Shown here piece after piece: positions 36,600 to 50,764 of a DNA stretch of 64,000 bases. Position 1 is the first letter of the stretch. Every line of letters begins with the position of its first letter. The notes below the pieces were generated by a model, which worked only from the letters and a program-made list of their open reading frames with translations, did not search any database and was not told the origin of the DNA. A program made the position numbers and the translations under genes. Source of the DNA: Hormiphora californensis (lineage: Eukaryota; Animalia; Ctenophora); the NCBI GenBank assembly GCA_020137815.1, contig CM035360.1:4030001-4094000 (forward strand), read 5' to 3'.

Positions 36600-37753
36600 T
36601 TGGGATTGTTTTGGCGGAGTGACAATAATAATAATGTCTGTGTTCAAGGACATTTTAACATGTTCCATATCACGTGTCACCCCCTTATAATGAATGAAGT
36701 GTTCAGATTGAATTATTTGGGTGAGAAACAGACTGTGCAATTACTTTCAAGTTTTCGACCCATGTAACTCCTTCGTATCACCGAATTAGGGTGCAGTAGA
36801 AACCAAGATAGACCTGGAAAGATGGTCGAAATCAGATGAAAGTTTCCATTTCAAATTCATTTCAAATGATGACATGAACTAGTTAACTGCTAAATGCTAA
36901 TTAAATCAAATCCAACTGTGAGATTGAGGCTGACGGCTGTACGCACATCATTTGGATTCATCATCATCATCAATATACACTTATTATCCCGCTTATTCAC
37001 CCATACGACATACGTTCCAGATGGTAGTTTTGATAGTAACGGAGCAGTATAGATGTCGATAATCTTTTCGTGATAAATTATTGTAGACTCTCTTACCCAA
37101 ATTTGATACACACAGGAGTCAGAAGGATAACACCCCGGTTTCCAAGCACTGCACAATGGTGGCCGGTCTGGGTACTTTGAAAATAAGTTTTGAGGATGTG
37201 AATGGGATCTGAATTCAAGGAAATTGAGAGGATCTGTAGTGAAGGTGTGCAATATTTATACTCTGTTTGGACTTTGGCGTCCAACGCACGCTGAAACACG
37301 TAAAAAGGAAGAGGACTTTTGACTTTCACAAAAAAACTTTTTTTATGCCATTAAAAAAAACTTAAAAACTTGTCTAGGAAAATTTCTGATGAGCTATCGG
37401 CCGCGCGTGGAACCAAATGGAACCAGATCTCAGACAGCATCTGGGCGTGGTTTAGAGCGCGCGGCTCTACCAAGGCGCGCGCCAGGATTGTTTGCTTTGT
37501 ATTGGTATGTTTCGTTCGTTGCTAGTTGCGCTAGCAAAATTGAAAAAATGACGTGACTGAGCAGGATGACTGAGCAGGATGCATCGCGAGGATTTTATTG
37601 AGCCTTTTTCATTATACTTAACTCTGAAATGAGATATCCGGGCGTTGATATCTCATCTCAGTTGTATATTAAAACAGTTAATTATTTTGCAGTTAAAATA
37701 AAAAGGGAATAAAAACACAAATTCAAAGACTGTCCAGTGTCCAACAGGTAACA

Positions 37754-39731
37754 TTATGGTGGCGGGTTCTCCATCAAGACTTCAGGTACAATGGGAGCAA
37801 TGAAGGGAGCAGCGAAGGCATCAACAGCAGGTGCGGGGAAATCAGGGGCTGAGTCAACAGCTGCGATCTCGGCAGCGGCCTCTGTTTCTGCTTTCTTGGT
37901 ATCGTCTGGTCAAACATGAACAGATGGGGCATTCACCTCATTAGACCTAGATGAAATAAAGGTGGGGGTTAATTGCTGTTTGTGGTGGTATCTGCAGTTA
38001 CTAGTGATTTATTATAGTCAGATAGAGCTGATCACCAGCACCTAAATGTTATATGAGGCATAAACTCTAGCCACTGGCGCGTTATTTCAGATAACTTTCT
38101 CCCAGCGCGCCGCTGGGAGAAGTTAGCTGGAGTTTATCCGCCGCTGGCGGATAAACTGGTTTAAATCACGACGACGATCCCGAGGCGGAGCCGAGGGAGA
38201 GGCGGAGGGGTTTAAACCTATAACGTGCCAGTGGTCAGAGTTTATGGGTTATATACCCTGCTTTAGTTGTTTATTTCAAGTATTACACACCAACAAGAGA
38301 GAGAACACTAATCAAAACACACAAAGAGAACTGAGAAATAGTTAAAAACACGTCACAATTGAGTGTACTCACTGTACACTGTTTGGTAACAGTTACTAAG
38401 CAGTTGCTAAGGAAAGAGAGTGAAAGAAATAGCCTGATAAGGGGCATGTCACAAATAACACAGAGAAAGAGATAGTGAGACAAAAGGGGAGATAAAGAGA
38501 GAGTAATTGACGGAATGTGTCCTTTCTTTCTCTCCAATGTAGTGTGTAAGTGTTGCACATAGTGTTCCCTCTGTATTTTAGTAAGAACTGATCATTTACA
38601 CACACTTTGAATGTTACGTAGGAGTTAAAAATAAATAACCTGCCAGTGGGAAATAATCTGCCGCTGGACTGGCTGGTTATCGAGAGCGCGCTAGTGGGAC
38701 TTCTCGCCACTGGCGCATTATTTAAGTTAGCAGGGTATATATCTCTCCCAGCTGTGGAAGAGGGAGGGGTTGGTTTAGTGGAGGGGTCTGGTGGAGGGTG
38801 GTTCGAGAGTGGTCTCTTACAAGGGGGTTGATCATGTAACTAGCTAATGGCTATCAGCCTAATTCTCACCGAAGTTTTGGGATGGGATGTTTTCATGTCA
38901 CTCAGGCCTCGTCTTGAAGACGTAGTTCACCATAGAAAGTTATCAAAGCAGACACAACTCATCATCTTACAGTACTGATTTACTCGTGCCAGCTGTGGGA
39001 GAGGGAGGGGTGGGTTTAGTGGAGAGGTGGGTTTAGCGGAGGGGTGGGTCTGGTGGAGGGGTTGGTTTAGTGGAGAGGTGGATTTAGTGGAGGGGATCAC
39101 ATATCGGAGACGAGCTAACCCTCAACCCCCTGTCATCATCTTAAAACTTCATACCACAGAAGGAAGAAGAAATTAGAGACCATAGGTGACCAGCGTATTA
39201 TATTTAGTGTGACTAGCTCAAGCTAAGTTGAATACCTCCATACCAACTGATTTATCTATGATGAGAGTGAGGGATAAAACTAGAGAACTAGACGGGGTAA
39301 CACGCCCGAGCTAATTAGTAATCAGTGTTTTAAATTACATAGTTCTCACCTTAGCCAGTCAAACTGCTCCTCTGTTGTATATTCCGTTAATTAGAAAGAT
39401 TATCGCTCTCCTTATAAGACCCTCTTGTCCCATGCATTCCCGTAGCCAGCCCATTAGGACCTGATGAGAGTAAGGGGTTAGGAGTAGAGATCGAGAAAGT
39501 AACACAGATAAACGTAAAACGGGATATGGAAACTCTCGATCTCCACTAATTGTCATTAATTTTGAAGCTACTGACTCAATGTAATCAATTTCAATAAATT
39601 ACCTAGGGCTAGAATCTCCTCTCAGCCCCCTTGACGCAGTGCAGTACCACCTCCAATAGAACCGATCATTGCTAAAAAGGTTATTGTGCAGTCGGGGTAG
39701 ATGGGGAAGCACATCCGGGGCGTGGGAGGTC
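37754..39731 (-). CDS. Exons of an unidentified gene (terminal exon 37905-37754; candidate exons ~39461-39349 and 39731-39603)
   Basis: AG...GT bounded segments. The terminal exon reads DTKKAETEAAAEIAAVDSAPDFPAP...NPPP*. Frames between exons are not fully reconciled. Confidence 0.35.
38049..38255. mobile_element. Small non-autonomous DNA transposon, Kolobok-like
   Basis: Imperfect TIR cataaactctagccactggcgcgttat / ataacgtgccagtggtcagagtttatg, with an internal ccgaggcggagccgagg motif. Confidence 0.5.
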
Positions 39732-39738
39732 ACTAAAA

Positions 39739-42700
39739 CAGGGTGTGAACTGCATGTCGTGTTTGCTAGTCGCGAGCGCGCTTGCGAGACAAGCAAACAC
39801 GTCAAGGTTCATTAACAAGCATGCTGCTCAGTCATTTTAGATTTAATACACAATGTAAGGATACCATGTAATAGGTGAGACTCTTGCCGTCACCCTCGTT
39901 CAAGTCCCGTGAAAAACGGAGCAGTACACGCAAACTGATGCCCATTTTCCTCGCGTGACCCCGATTCAGCAGTTTGAGACACCAACTCTTTAGGGGGCCA
40001 TATCTCAGGAACCAGACAAGATAGGAAAAATCGCCGTCTAATGAGGCGTACAGTTTTTAATCTAGTTTACCACTGTACCGGCCGTTTCACTCTCCGACCT
40101 AAAACAAAAATCGCAACCCCACAAAACTTCAAAATAATGAAATTCGCATCTCGCATGTCGTGTTGCATGTCGTGTCATGTTATTGACGCGCTCGCGTTCA
40201 ACTCTCACACAGCAGCTGCAGAACATGGCGGGAAACATCGAGGAGTAGAGAGAGGGTCGGTGCCGAATCAAATATTTCTTGATCTTGATCTACTCCATCT
40301 CTCAGCTATCCTACCCCTCATCAACTCGATCTCTCAGCTACCCTACCCCTCATCTACTCCATCTTTCAGCTACCCTACCCCTCATCTACTCTATCTTTCA
40401 GCTACCCTACCCCTTATCTAGTCCATCTCTCAGCTACCCTACTCATCATCTACTCCATCTCTCAGCTTCCCTATTAGGGAAGCATAGAGATGGAAACGAT
40501 TAGGGGTAGGGAATCCCTATCCATAATCGTTTCCATCTCTATGCTTCCCTAGCCCTCATCAACTCCATCTTTCAGCTACCCTACCCCTAATCTAGTCCAT
40601 CTCTCCGCTACCCTACTCCTCATCTACTCCATCTCTCAGCTACCCTACCTCCCATTTACTCCATCTCTCAGCTTCCCTACCTCCCATTTACTCCATCTCT
40701 CAGCTTACCTACCTCCCATTTACTCCATATCTCAGCTTCCCTACCTCCCATTTACTCCATCTCTCAGATACCCTACCTCCCATTTACTCCATCTCTCAGC
40801 TTACCTACCTCCCATTTACTCCATCTCTCAGCTTCCCTACCTCCCATTCACTCCATCTCTCAGCTTCCCTACCTCCCATTTACTCCATCTCTCAGCTACC
40901 CTACCTCCCATTCACTCCATCTCTCAGCTACCCTACCTCCCATTTACTCCATCTCTCAGCTTCCCTACCTCCCATTTACTCCATCCCTCAGCTACCTTAC
41001 CTCCCATTTACTCCATCTCTAAGCTTCCCTACCTCCCATTCAATTCATCTCTCAGCTTCCCTACCTCCCATTTACTCCATCTCTCAGCTACCCTACCTCC
41101 CATTCACTCCATCTCTCAACTACCCTACCTCCCATTTACTCCATCTCTCAGCTTCCCTACCTCCCATTTACTCCATCTCTCAGCTTCCCTACCTCCCATT
41201 TACTCCATCCCTCAGCTTCCCTACCTCCCATTTACTTCATCTCTCAGCTTACCTACCTCCCATTTACTCCATATCTCAGCTTCCCTACCTGCCATTTACT
41301 CCATCTCTCAGATACCCTACCTCCCATTTACTCCATCTCTCAGCTTACCTACCTCCCATTTACTCCATCTCTCAGCTTCCCTACCTCCCATTCACTCCAT
41401 CTCTCAGCTTCCCTACCTCCCATTTACTCCATCTCTCAGCTACCCTACCTCCCATTCACTCCATCTCTCAGCTACCCTACCTCCCATTTACTCCATCTCT
41501 CAGCTTCCCTACCTCCCATTTACTCCATCCCTCAGCTTCCCTACCTCCCATTTACTCCATCCTTGCCTCCCATTTACTCCATCTCTCAGCTACCCTACCT
41601 CCCATTCACTCCATCTCTCAACTACCCTACCTCCCATTTACTCCATCTCTCAGCTTCCCTACCTCCCATTCACTCCATCTCTCAGCTTCCCTACCTCCCA
41701 TTTACTCCATCCCTCAGCTTCCCTACCTCCCATTTACTCCATCGCTCAGCTTCCCTACCTCCCATTTACTCCATCTCTCAGCTACCTTACCTTCCATTTA
41801 CTCCATCTCTCAGCTTCCCTACGTCCCATTTACTCCATCTCTCAGGGGTAGGAATGTTAGGATAAATGAGAGATGGAGTAAATGGGAGGTAGGGTAGCTG
41901 AGAGATGGAGTGAATGGGAGGTAGGGTAGCTGAGAGATGGAGTAAATGGGAGGTAGGGTAGCTGAGAGATGGAGTAAATGGGAGGTAGGAAAGCTGAGAG
42001 ATGGAGTAAATGGGTGGTAGGGTAGCTGAGAGATGGAGTAAATGGGAGGTAGGGAAGCTGAGGGATGGAGTAAATGGGAGGTAGGGAAGCTGAGAGATGG
42101 AGTAAATGGGAGGTAGGGTAGCTGAGAGATGGAGTAAATGGGAGGTAGGTAAGCTGAGAGATGGAGTAAATGGGAGGTAGGGAAGCTGAGAGATGGAGTA
42201 AATGGGAGGTAGGGTATCTGAGAGATGGAGTAAATGGGAGGTAGGAAAGCTGAGAGATGGAGTAAATGGGTGGTAGGGTAGCTGAGAGATGGAGTAAATG
42301 GGAGGTAGGGAAGCTGAGGGATGGAGTAAATGGGAGGTAGGGAAGCTGAGAGATGGAGTAAATGGGAGGTAGGGTAGCTGAGAGATGGAGTGAATGGGAG
42401 GTAGGGTAGCTGAGAGATGGAGTAAATGGGAGGTAGGGAAGCTGAGAGATGGAGTAAATGGGAGGTAGGTAAGCTGAGAGATGGAGTAAATGGGAGGTAG
42501 GGAAGCTGAGAGATGGAGTAAATGGGAGGTAGGGTATCTGAGAGATGGAGTAAATGGCAGGTAGGGAAGCTGAGATATGGAGTAAATGGGAGGTAGGTAA
42601 GCTGAGAGATGGAGTAAATGGGAGGTAGGGAAGCTGAGAGATGGAGTAAATGGGAGGTAGGGTAGCTGAGAGATGGAGTAGATGAGGAGTAGGGTAGCGG

Positions 42701-43566
42701 AGAGATGGACTAGATTAGGGGTAGGGTAGCTGAAAGATGGAGTTGATGAGGGCTAGGGAAGCATAGAGATGGAAACGATTATGGATAGGGATTCCCTACC
42801 CCTAATCGTTTCCATCTCTATGCTTCCCTAATAGGGAAGCTGAGAGATGGAGTAGATGATGAGTAGGGTAGCTGAGAGATGGACTAGATAAGGGGTAGGG
42901 TAGCTGAAAGATAGAGTAGATGAGGGGTAGGGTAGCTGAAAGATGGAGTAGATGAGGGGTAGGGTAGCTGAGAGATCGAGTTGATGAGGGGTAGGATAGC
43001 TGAGAGATGGAGTAGATCAAGATCAAGAAATATTTGATTCGGCACCGACCCTCTCTCTACTCCTCGATGTTTCCCGCCATGTTCTGCAGCTGCTGTGTGA
43101 GAGTTGAACGCGAGCGCGTCAATAACATGACACGACATGCAACACGACATGCGAGATGCGAATTTCATTATTTTGAAGTTTTGTGGGGTTGCGATTTTTG
43201 TTTTAGGTCGGAGAGTGAAACGGCCGGTACAGTGGTAAACTAGATTAAAAACTGTACGCCTCATTAGACGGCGATTTTTCCTATCTTGTCTGGTTCCTGA
43301 GATATGGCCCCCTAAAGAGTTGGTGTCTCAAACTGCTGAATCGGGGTCACGCGAGGAAAATGGGCATCAGTTTGCGTGTACTGCTCCGTTTTTCACGGGA
43401 CTTGAACGAGGGTGACGGCAAGAGTCTCACCTATTACATGGTATCCTTACATTGTGTATTAAATCTAAAATGACTGAGCAGCATGCTTGTTAATGAACCT
43501 TGACGTGTTTGCTTGTCTCGCAAGCGCGCTCGCGACTAGCAAACACGACATGCAGTTCACACCCTG
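39739..43566. mobile_element. 3.8-kb foldback-type element: ~560-bp unique outer IRs plus inverted 32-bp satellite arrays
   Basis: CAGGGTGTGAAC...GTTCACACCCTG termini flanked by TAAAA on both sides. The arms are near-identical in inverted orientation, the repeat unit is ctccatctctcagcttccctacctcccattta, and the centre is at ~41845-41867. Confidence 0.88.
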
Positions 43567-44348
43567 TAAAACAAGTCAAAACACGGATATAGGTGTCCCT
43601 TCTTTGGCTCAAATGAATAGTTTTGAAAAGTTTGAACTGTGCAGTTTGAACTGTGCAGAGTGTGTACTTCATTGAGATTGTTCTGCCACCGAGTTATTAA
43701 ACTCCATTCAGCCTCTCCGGCGAGACATCTTACTAGCATTTGACATGTGATCCGGTTGAGCAACTCTGAGTTTCTGAGTTTCTCCTTTGCAATATCGTTC
43801 CTGACCTCTCTTGCATTCTTCAATTAGTGCCGATTTACGACAGAGTATCAAATCACCAAGGGGCTGTCTGTGCTCAAGAGTTAGAAACTTTAACAGGGGT
43901 CGGGAGTCAGAAACTCCAACGGGGGTCGAGATTTTCAGTTTCCATTCCACCTTTCCCTATTCCCATAGAAAATTGCCAGGATCTCCCACCGGCCACCCTA
44001 ATCGGACATATGGTAACCAACCAGTTACCAGGCATTGAATCAAGTTTGAAACGGATGTCATGATCAAATAAAGTGCGTTTCAAACGACTTGACCCGTAAT
44101 TCTTGGAATTGGGCGTGTATTTACAAAGGGGAAATCCTGAATTTCCAGGAATCTCAGATCAAGTCGTTTGAAACGCACTTTAGTTCTTTGATATCTGGAA
44201 CTATTCGTAGGAGCGATGCCATTCAAAAGTGAGCTTGGGACAACAAAGTACAAAGGACAAACAGACAAAAACAAACAACACAATAAATTAATTCATCCTC
44301 GGATCAATTCATCCTCGGATCCTCAAGTTCTTCTCATTCCTCTCTTCC

Positions 44349-44720
44349 TCAGGTCACCAGTTCAGTATTTGTTAGACTAGTGATAGCAATCTTCCTCCGA
44401 TTTCCTCTTAATGCAATAAGGCATGATCTCAGGAGGGAGAATCGTAGCCTCGTCCTCAGGTGAGCCATAACCTCACTGTACGGTTCTCCGGTTCTTGTTG
44501 AGATTCGGTGTGAGAGAGTCTTCAGCACCTTTTGGAACTCATTGGCTATGCCACCTGCTGTATTCATTACCAGCGGAGAGAAGGCACCCCCTTCAACTTC
44601 TCGTACACGTTTTCCGTACGACTGCTTCTTGCTAGCCTCGTTTCTTCGGTAGAGTTGGCCGAGGGGCGTGTCGATATAGGAGGGCGAATTGGCATGGAAA
44701 ATTCGCACATCCATATGACA
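44349..44720 (-). mobile_element. 5'-truncated CRE-clade non-LTR retrotransposon remnant (C-terminal restriction-like endonuclease region)
   Basis: DVRIFHANSPSY..LYRRNEASKKQSYGKRVREVEGGAFSPLVMNTAGG..YSEVMAHLRTRLRFSLLRSCLIALRGNR resembles metazoan CRE C-termini. Confidence 0.75.
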
Positions 44721-45327
44721 AAAACAAACCGACAACTGCACCGGGCCGTGGTGGGAAAACGTTAAAATCTGGGTGCCTTTCATTGCTAACAATTCGTAGT
44801 TTTGGCGCGCGCGACGGGTTAGGGCTATCCGTTAGGGTCCGGTTAGGGTTTGGTTTGGGGTTATCGGTTAGGGCTATCGATTCTCTAACTGATACCGTTT
44901 AGTTTACTCAAATCGGCCATGTGGTTCCATGGCTATAGCCGTTTGAAAAAAGTCGGTCTAAGTATACTCTTTTGGTAGCGCGCACCTGTAAACAGGCTGC
45001 AAGGCACCCAGATTATAATCGCGCCCGCCGTGGTGTCAGTGAGTTTTTTACGGATTTTCACTTTTCAAGCTGAAGTCGAACGCGCGCACGTTTTATCATG
45101 CGCGGCGCTATCTTTTTGATTTGCGCGTTCCAAATTTTAACACGATGCGCGTTTTCACTATCCGGATTTTCACCCTTGCGGAGGGCGACTTGTTCACGTG
45201 ATTGAGTCACGTGGCGTGACGTAGCACTGTGTAAACCAATGAGCGCTGAGATGTGACACACTCCGAGTGTGTTCTGATACTGCAGCTGCGTCTGTCAGTT
45301 CTGGAATTTTCGTTTTCTCGTTCCATC

Positions 45328-46676
45328 GGCACTGTTAGGAATGGCCGACACTAACAATTTTTTGTTAGTGTTTTTTGTTAGTGACGTCACTAACAAAAAA
45401 TTTGTTAGTGTTTTCACTAACAAAAAACACTAACAAAAAATTGTTAGTGTTTTCACTAACAATTTTCACTAACAAAAATTTTGTTAGTGTTTCTAATTGG
45501 GGTGATGGTTATTGGCAGTGTGAGACGATACGGGTTATGGAACATGATTCGGTGAAGCTTATTAGGATGGTTAGGCGATATGAGACACGATTCGGGGAAG
45601 GTTTTCTTCGTTTTTCAAGTAACGATACATGGAAAATGAAGATATTTGTGAGTAGACAAGGAATACACCAATTTCAAGAGAATAAAACTAAAAACACAAA
45701 TCAAATAACTTGTCCACATTTAGTTGCTCTGTCCAACAATTGGAGTACAATACGAACAGATTACCCCACCATATGATCCTATCACCCTGCCACACGAACC
45801 AATTACCACACCATATGATCCGGTTATCAAACAGACCGATTACCACTGCACTTGAGGTATCACGTATAGGCATGAGGTACACCGAATCGTGAGCAGTATC
45901 CCGTATCGGTTGATGTTGTAAGAGGTTCCGCTGCTAATGAGGCACACCGAATCGTGAGCAGTATCCCGTATCGGGGCTCAGTGCTCACGATTCGGTGTAC
46001 CTCATTAGCGGCAGAACCGCTTACAATGTGAACTGATACGACGGTATCCCAGTATATCGCTCCTACTTGATAATGAGGAAGTGAACTTACAAGAGAGTTT
46101 ACAGACCCATTGAACGGCTCTGCACACTCTTCCCCGACACCATACACAATCGGATGAACGAACCTGCCACAAAATCCGCCAAACTGGCAATATCTCAAAT
46201 GGAGAGCCTTTCAACAGAGCAACTAAATGTGGACAAGTTATTTGATTTGTGGTTTTAGTTTTATTCTCTTGAAATTGGTGTATTTCTTGTCTACTCACAA
46301 ATATCTTCATTTTCCATGTATCGTTACTGGAAAAACGAAGAAAACCTTCCCCGAATCGTGTCTCATGTCGCCTAACCATCCTAATAAGCTTCACCGAATC
46401 ATGTTCCATAACCCGCATCGTCTCACACTGCCAATAAGGCGTCCCTGAATCGTATCTCATAACCATATATCACCCCAATTAGAAACACTAACAAAATTTT
46501 TGTTAGTGAAAATTGTTAGTGAAAACACTAACAAAATTTTTGTTAGTGAAAACACTAACAATTTTTTTGTTAGTGTTTTTTGTTAGTGAAAACACTAACA
46601 AATTTTTTGTTAGTGACGTCACTAACAAAAAACACTAACAAAAAAATTGTTAGTGTCGGCCATTCCTAACAGTGCC
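45328..46676. mobile_element. Non-autonomous DNA transposon with ~400-bp TIRs and 8-bp TSD (Merlin-like)
   Basis: GTTCCATC|GGCACTGTTAGG...CCTAACAGTGCC|GTTCCATC, with subterminal cactaacaaaa/ttttgttagtg arrays. Confidence 0.8.
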
Positions 46677-48596
46677 GTTCCATCTCTCTGTATCTGATTG
46701 AGGGGTGACATTATTTATGATTATCATATCACCATGGTTGCGAACAGGGCATCATCAGCTTTAGCTTTGTATCGAAGTTTGTTATAAATCATATCGATAT
46801 AATTGCAATTTCCCGCCCATTTTATAGATCAGAGTTCAGACGATCTTTGAAGTTTGACTAATTTGCTGATCCCTTAACTCCCGATTCCTTGGGCTTGATA
46901 TTTATTCCCCCCCCATTTATGAGATTTGATAGTGACGATGTTTCTATTTTGAGTAGGTTCAAAAATGGTGTCAGAAACATTGATTAACTGTGTCCCAACT
47001 GTGGAAAGAGGACGGAACTCAGCATGGACAGCCATTTTCTCAACATGACAAGGAATTGGCACATGGTATGTAATGTTGTGGCAATTCCATAGTTTCAGTA
47101 TTTTGTCAGGTGTTGTCATTCAGGTTGTATTTTTGATTTTTGTGATCTGTGAGAGTAGAAAACGCATATCCATTGATTTTATTTCTCCAGGTACGTCCTA
47201 CATGAACAAGCTTAATTCACGGGAATGAGTATCACGAATTCGATGGAACCCCGATGGAATCTCCAAAGAAAGGTAGAAATCTAACCGTTCTGTTCCGAGT
47301 GTTCCAAATCGAACTTGACTTTCATATTTGTCACAGTCCAGCACCAGAAATAACCATACGAACAATAATTATTGTACTCATTTGTTTTCTCTATTTCTAT
47401 TCCATCAGGTAACGGTTTAGTAACGTTTGGCTGATGTGGTCGACATAGAGGGTCATTCTACAAAGTACCAAGCTGGATCAAGTTTAGAACAAGTTTAAAA
47501 TATTAAATTGATGTGTTTTTACGGAACAATTTTTATTTGAATTGATATAGGTACCTCTTAGTATACCCGAAATCAACGCAAGTGAGAATGATTTCTGGTT
47601 ATTTTTTATTTATCATTCACCGTGTGTCTAATAGGAAAATAGAATAATTATAATGCAGTTGGACGTAGCCGTATGATTCAGAAACAATATTTAGTTTTTT
47701 TGAGTGTTTTTGAGTGTTTTCAATGGGACCAAGATTTATATGTGAGTGCTAGCTACGGAAAGTGTGACACTTCTGATTGTTTCTATTTCAAATCCCCTAT
47801 GACTTGTTTGGTGGGGAAATATAAATACGCCGCCTTTTCCTTGGGCCTATTTAAAACAGCCCAATCATTATTTCCCACTGGACCGTGTTAATATAAAGAT
47901 TTATCACAAGCCAAACTGTCCTGTCTCCTGCAGGATCAGAAAACTGGACATTATGAGCAGTGCATGGGAGCTGGTTAACTTTGACATAACATATTTCGAG
48001 CATAACTACTTACTAAGCGCTGCCATGATATATTATGTATATATGTATATCACTATATATGATGTCGACTGTCGGAATATGTTGCTGTTATAGTGCTTTA
48101 CTTTTCAAATATAGTCAGATTTTAAACAACTGTCTAGTTGCGGTAATATAGTTGCGGTGTTCAATAGGCTAGTGTTCAATATGCTAGTGTCCAATATGGT
48201 ATTGGTAGTGTTCAATATATGATGTAATGTACAAGTTTCCTGTTTTCTTGGTGTATTCAGCACCTTGGCCTAGAAATTCGTCGTGTAGTTGTACTATTTT
48301 AGTCTACCCCATACTGAAAACTAACAATATGAAGGATCGGGTTTATTTCAATCATATCAACAACTATAAGATCTGATCAGATCTACTTCTATGGGACCAG
48401 TTACAAAATTTGAAACTGATGTCAGTTTCAATTTTGCAACTGGAGCGTATGACATCTTTCTGACGGCGCCGACCCAATCTTAGCCTGACAGTGTCAGTCT
48501 AGCATGTGCAGTTGCATTACGCCTGACGGTGTACTTGTGGCGAGACATGTGACTTGGGAGAGGACATGTTCCCAGTCTGTCGACTCCCACACCGGG

Positions 48597-48615
48597 CTCT
48601 CTCTCTCTCCCTCTC

Positions 48616-48651
<36 letters not shown>

Positions 48652-48655
48652 CCTC

Positions 48656-48727
<72 letters not shown>
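48597..48727. repeat. (CT)n microsatellite
   Basis: Direct inspection. Confidence 0.95.
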
Positions 48728-48729
<2 letters not shown>

Positions 48730-50479
48730 GGCGGCTACCGGCTACGCACCTACTCACAGGGTGAATTTCCCCATGAAAAACTGAAAAATGTCGAGACCAC
48801 AACATGCGGGTTAGAAGACAAGACAAAGCATGGGCGGGGCATTCAGTAAGTCCCTAATCAGAAATCATTCAACAAGCTGGGCCTCAGTATGTACGAAATT
48901 AGATACCATCAACTGCAACCCCTTAGAATTAGAAAAACTATATCGTTCTATACAAGATGGCATAACTTCACCCCACCGAAACCACCCTATAAGTATAAAG
49001 GGCGGCATCACATCATCTTACAGTTATAACTAGTTACACCATCTTTGGCTTGGTATCCTTGGGCCGAAGCAGCTTGGCAATATACCAAGTCCAACCACAC
49101 CGGGGCGCTGTCTCAGTCTGGCGCCGCGACCCATCTGAGCACACTGTCTATCAAATGGGGTATGGCGCCGCCATACAGCCGGGGCAGGGAACGGGAGCCT
49201 CATGGCTGTCTGGCGCCGCGACCCCATCTGAGCGCAGAATCAAATGGCGAATGGCGCCGCCATACAGCTCACTGGCTAGTGCTTCACACTAGCCAGCGTC
49301 CTCGCAGAAGAAGAAGGTAGCACTTAGCAGACATGTAGCAGAGGCAGCTAGCTGAGGCACTGGCAGCAATGAGGTAATGCGGTATAGCTCTCTTTTAGTG
49401 TTACCTCTCTACTGTTCCTCGTCTGTCAGCTTACGTAAGCGAGCTGACATATACACGTGCTATATAAGTTCGAGGCGCTTAAAGTGCCGAACAGACAGAC
49501 TGCGTAGCATGCCAAGTTTATCTCATCGCTACGTGCTATACGAGTGACCTGGGGTATATCTCTGCTATCTCTTTACTACTAATAGATGTAGTAGAGAGGT
49601 TTACCTGATTGTTACGTGCTATTATACAAGTGACCTGAGGTATATCTCTGCTATCTCTCTACTATAGTAGATATAACCGACAGGTTTCCCTCTTGGTGAC
49701 ATAGACACCTGGTGTGCGGGGGTCGCGCCAGGTGTCTATGTTACCAAGTTTACCTCATTGCCACGTGCTATACAAGTGACGGTCACTTATTATTAGTACT
49801 AGTAGAACTAGAGAGATAGTTGGCAACATTGCTGCCTGAGAGTGAGTGAGATCCGCCGAGATCGATCTCACATAGCGAGAATAGGTTGCAATGGAGCCAA
49901 GAGAGATAGTTGGATCCATTGCAACCTATTCTCGCTCCGCGAATAATGTATGTGAGATCGAATAATGTATGTGAGATCGATCTCGGTCGCTGCGCGACCT
50001 CGATCTCACTCAGGTATCAATGTGACCAAGAGAGATAGCAGTGCTATCTCTCTAGTTCTACTACTAGTAGTAGTACTAGTAGATGTAGTAGAGAGTTTTA
50101 CATCATTTCAATACAATGCTATAGCACTAGCAGTGCAGCTGCAGCTGCGGCTACCTCTCTACTAGTGTAGCAGAGAGGTAATGGCAGCCTAGAGGTCTGA
50201 GGTCTGAGCTGAGGCGTGTGTTCACTACACTGTTAGTACACTTAGCAGTTAGCTTCACTGCTCCTCTACTGCTACATTGTTCAACTACTAAACCTCTCTG
50301 CTTCCCCTCTGCCTCATGTAGCAGAGTACCAACATGAATATTTGTCAGTTTGTAGAACTGGGCCCGGCCATATCATGTCTGGCGCCGCGACCCATCTGAG
50401 CGCACTGTCGAATCAAATTGGGGTCTGGCGCCGCCAGACAGGCCATATCTATCGATCACAAATCATGAGATCTGCCTCA

Positions 50480-50634
50480 CATCTCTCCCTCCCTCCCTTC
50501 TCTCCCCCTCTCTGAGAGGGCCCCTCTCTCTCTCTCCTCTCTCCTCTCTCTCATCTCTCTCTCTCTCGTCCTCTCTCTCTCTCTCTCACTCTCATCTCCT
50601 CACTCTCTCTCTCTCTCTCCTCGTCCTCTCTCTC

Positions 50635-50675
<41 letters not shown>

Positions 50676-50676
50676 C

Positions 50677-50708
<32 letters not shown>

Positions 50709-50712
50709 GCTC

Positions 50713-50764
<52 letters not shown>

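Noticed and set aside
39460-39545. Other CTGATGA motifs as hammerheads (also ~6113, 37386, 54295, 60893)
   Set aside because: None has a stem II followed by GAAA, and several lie in coding sequence.
40290-43015. CRISPR-like 32-bp repeat array
   Set aside because: The repeats are contiguous with no unique spacers, there are no cas genes, and the context is eukaryotic.
40041-43264. Duplicated 126-aa ORFs in the foldback arms
   Set aside because: They have no recognisable motifs and run into the satellite. The duplication follows from the inverted repeat.
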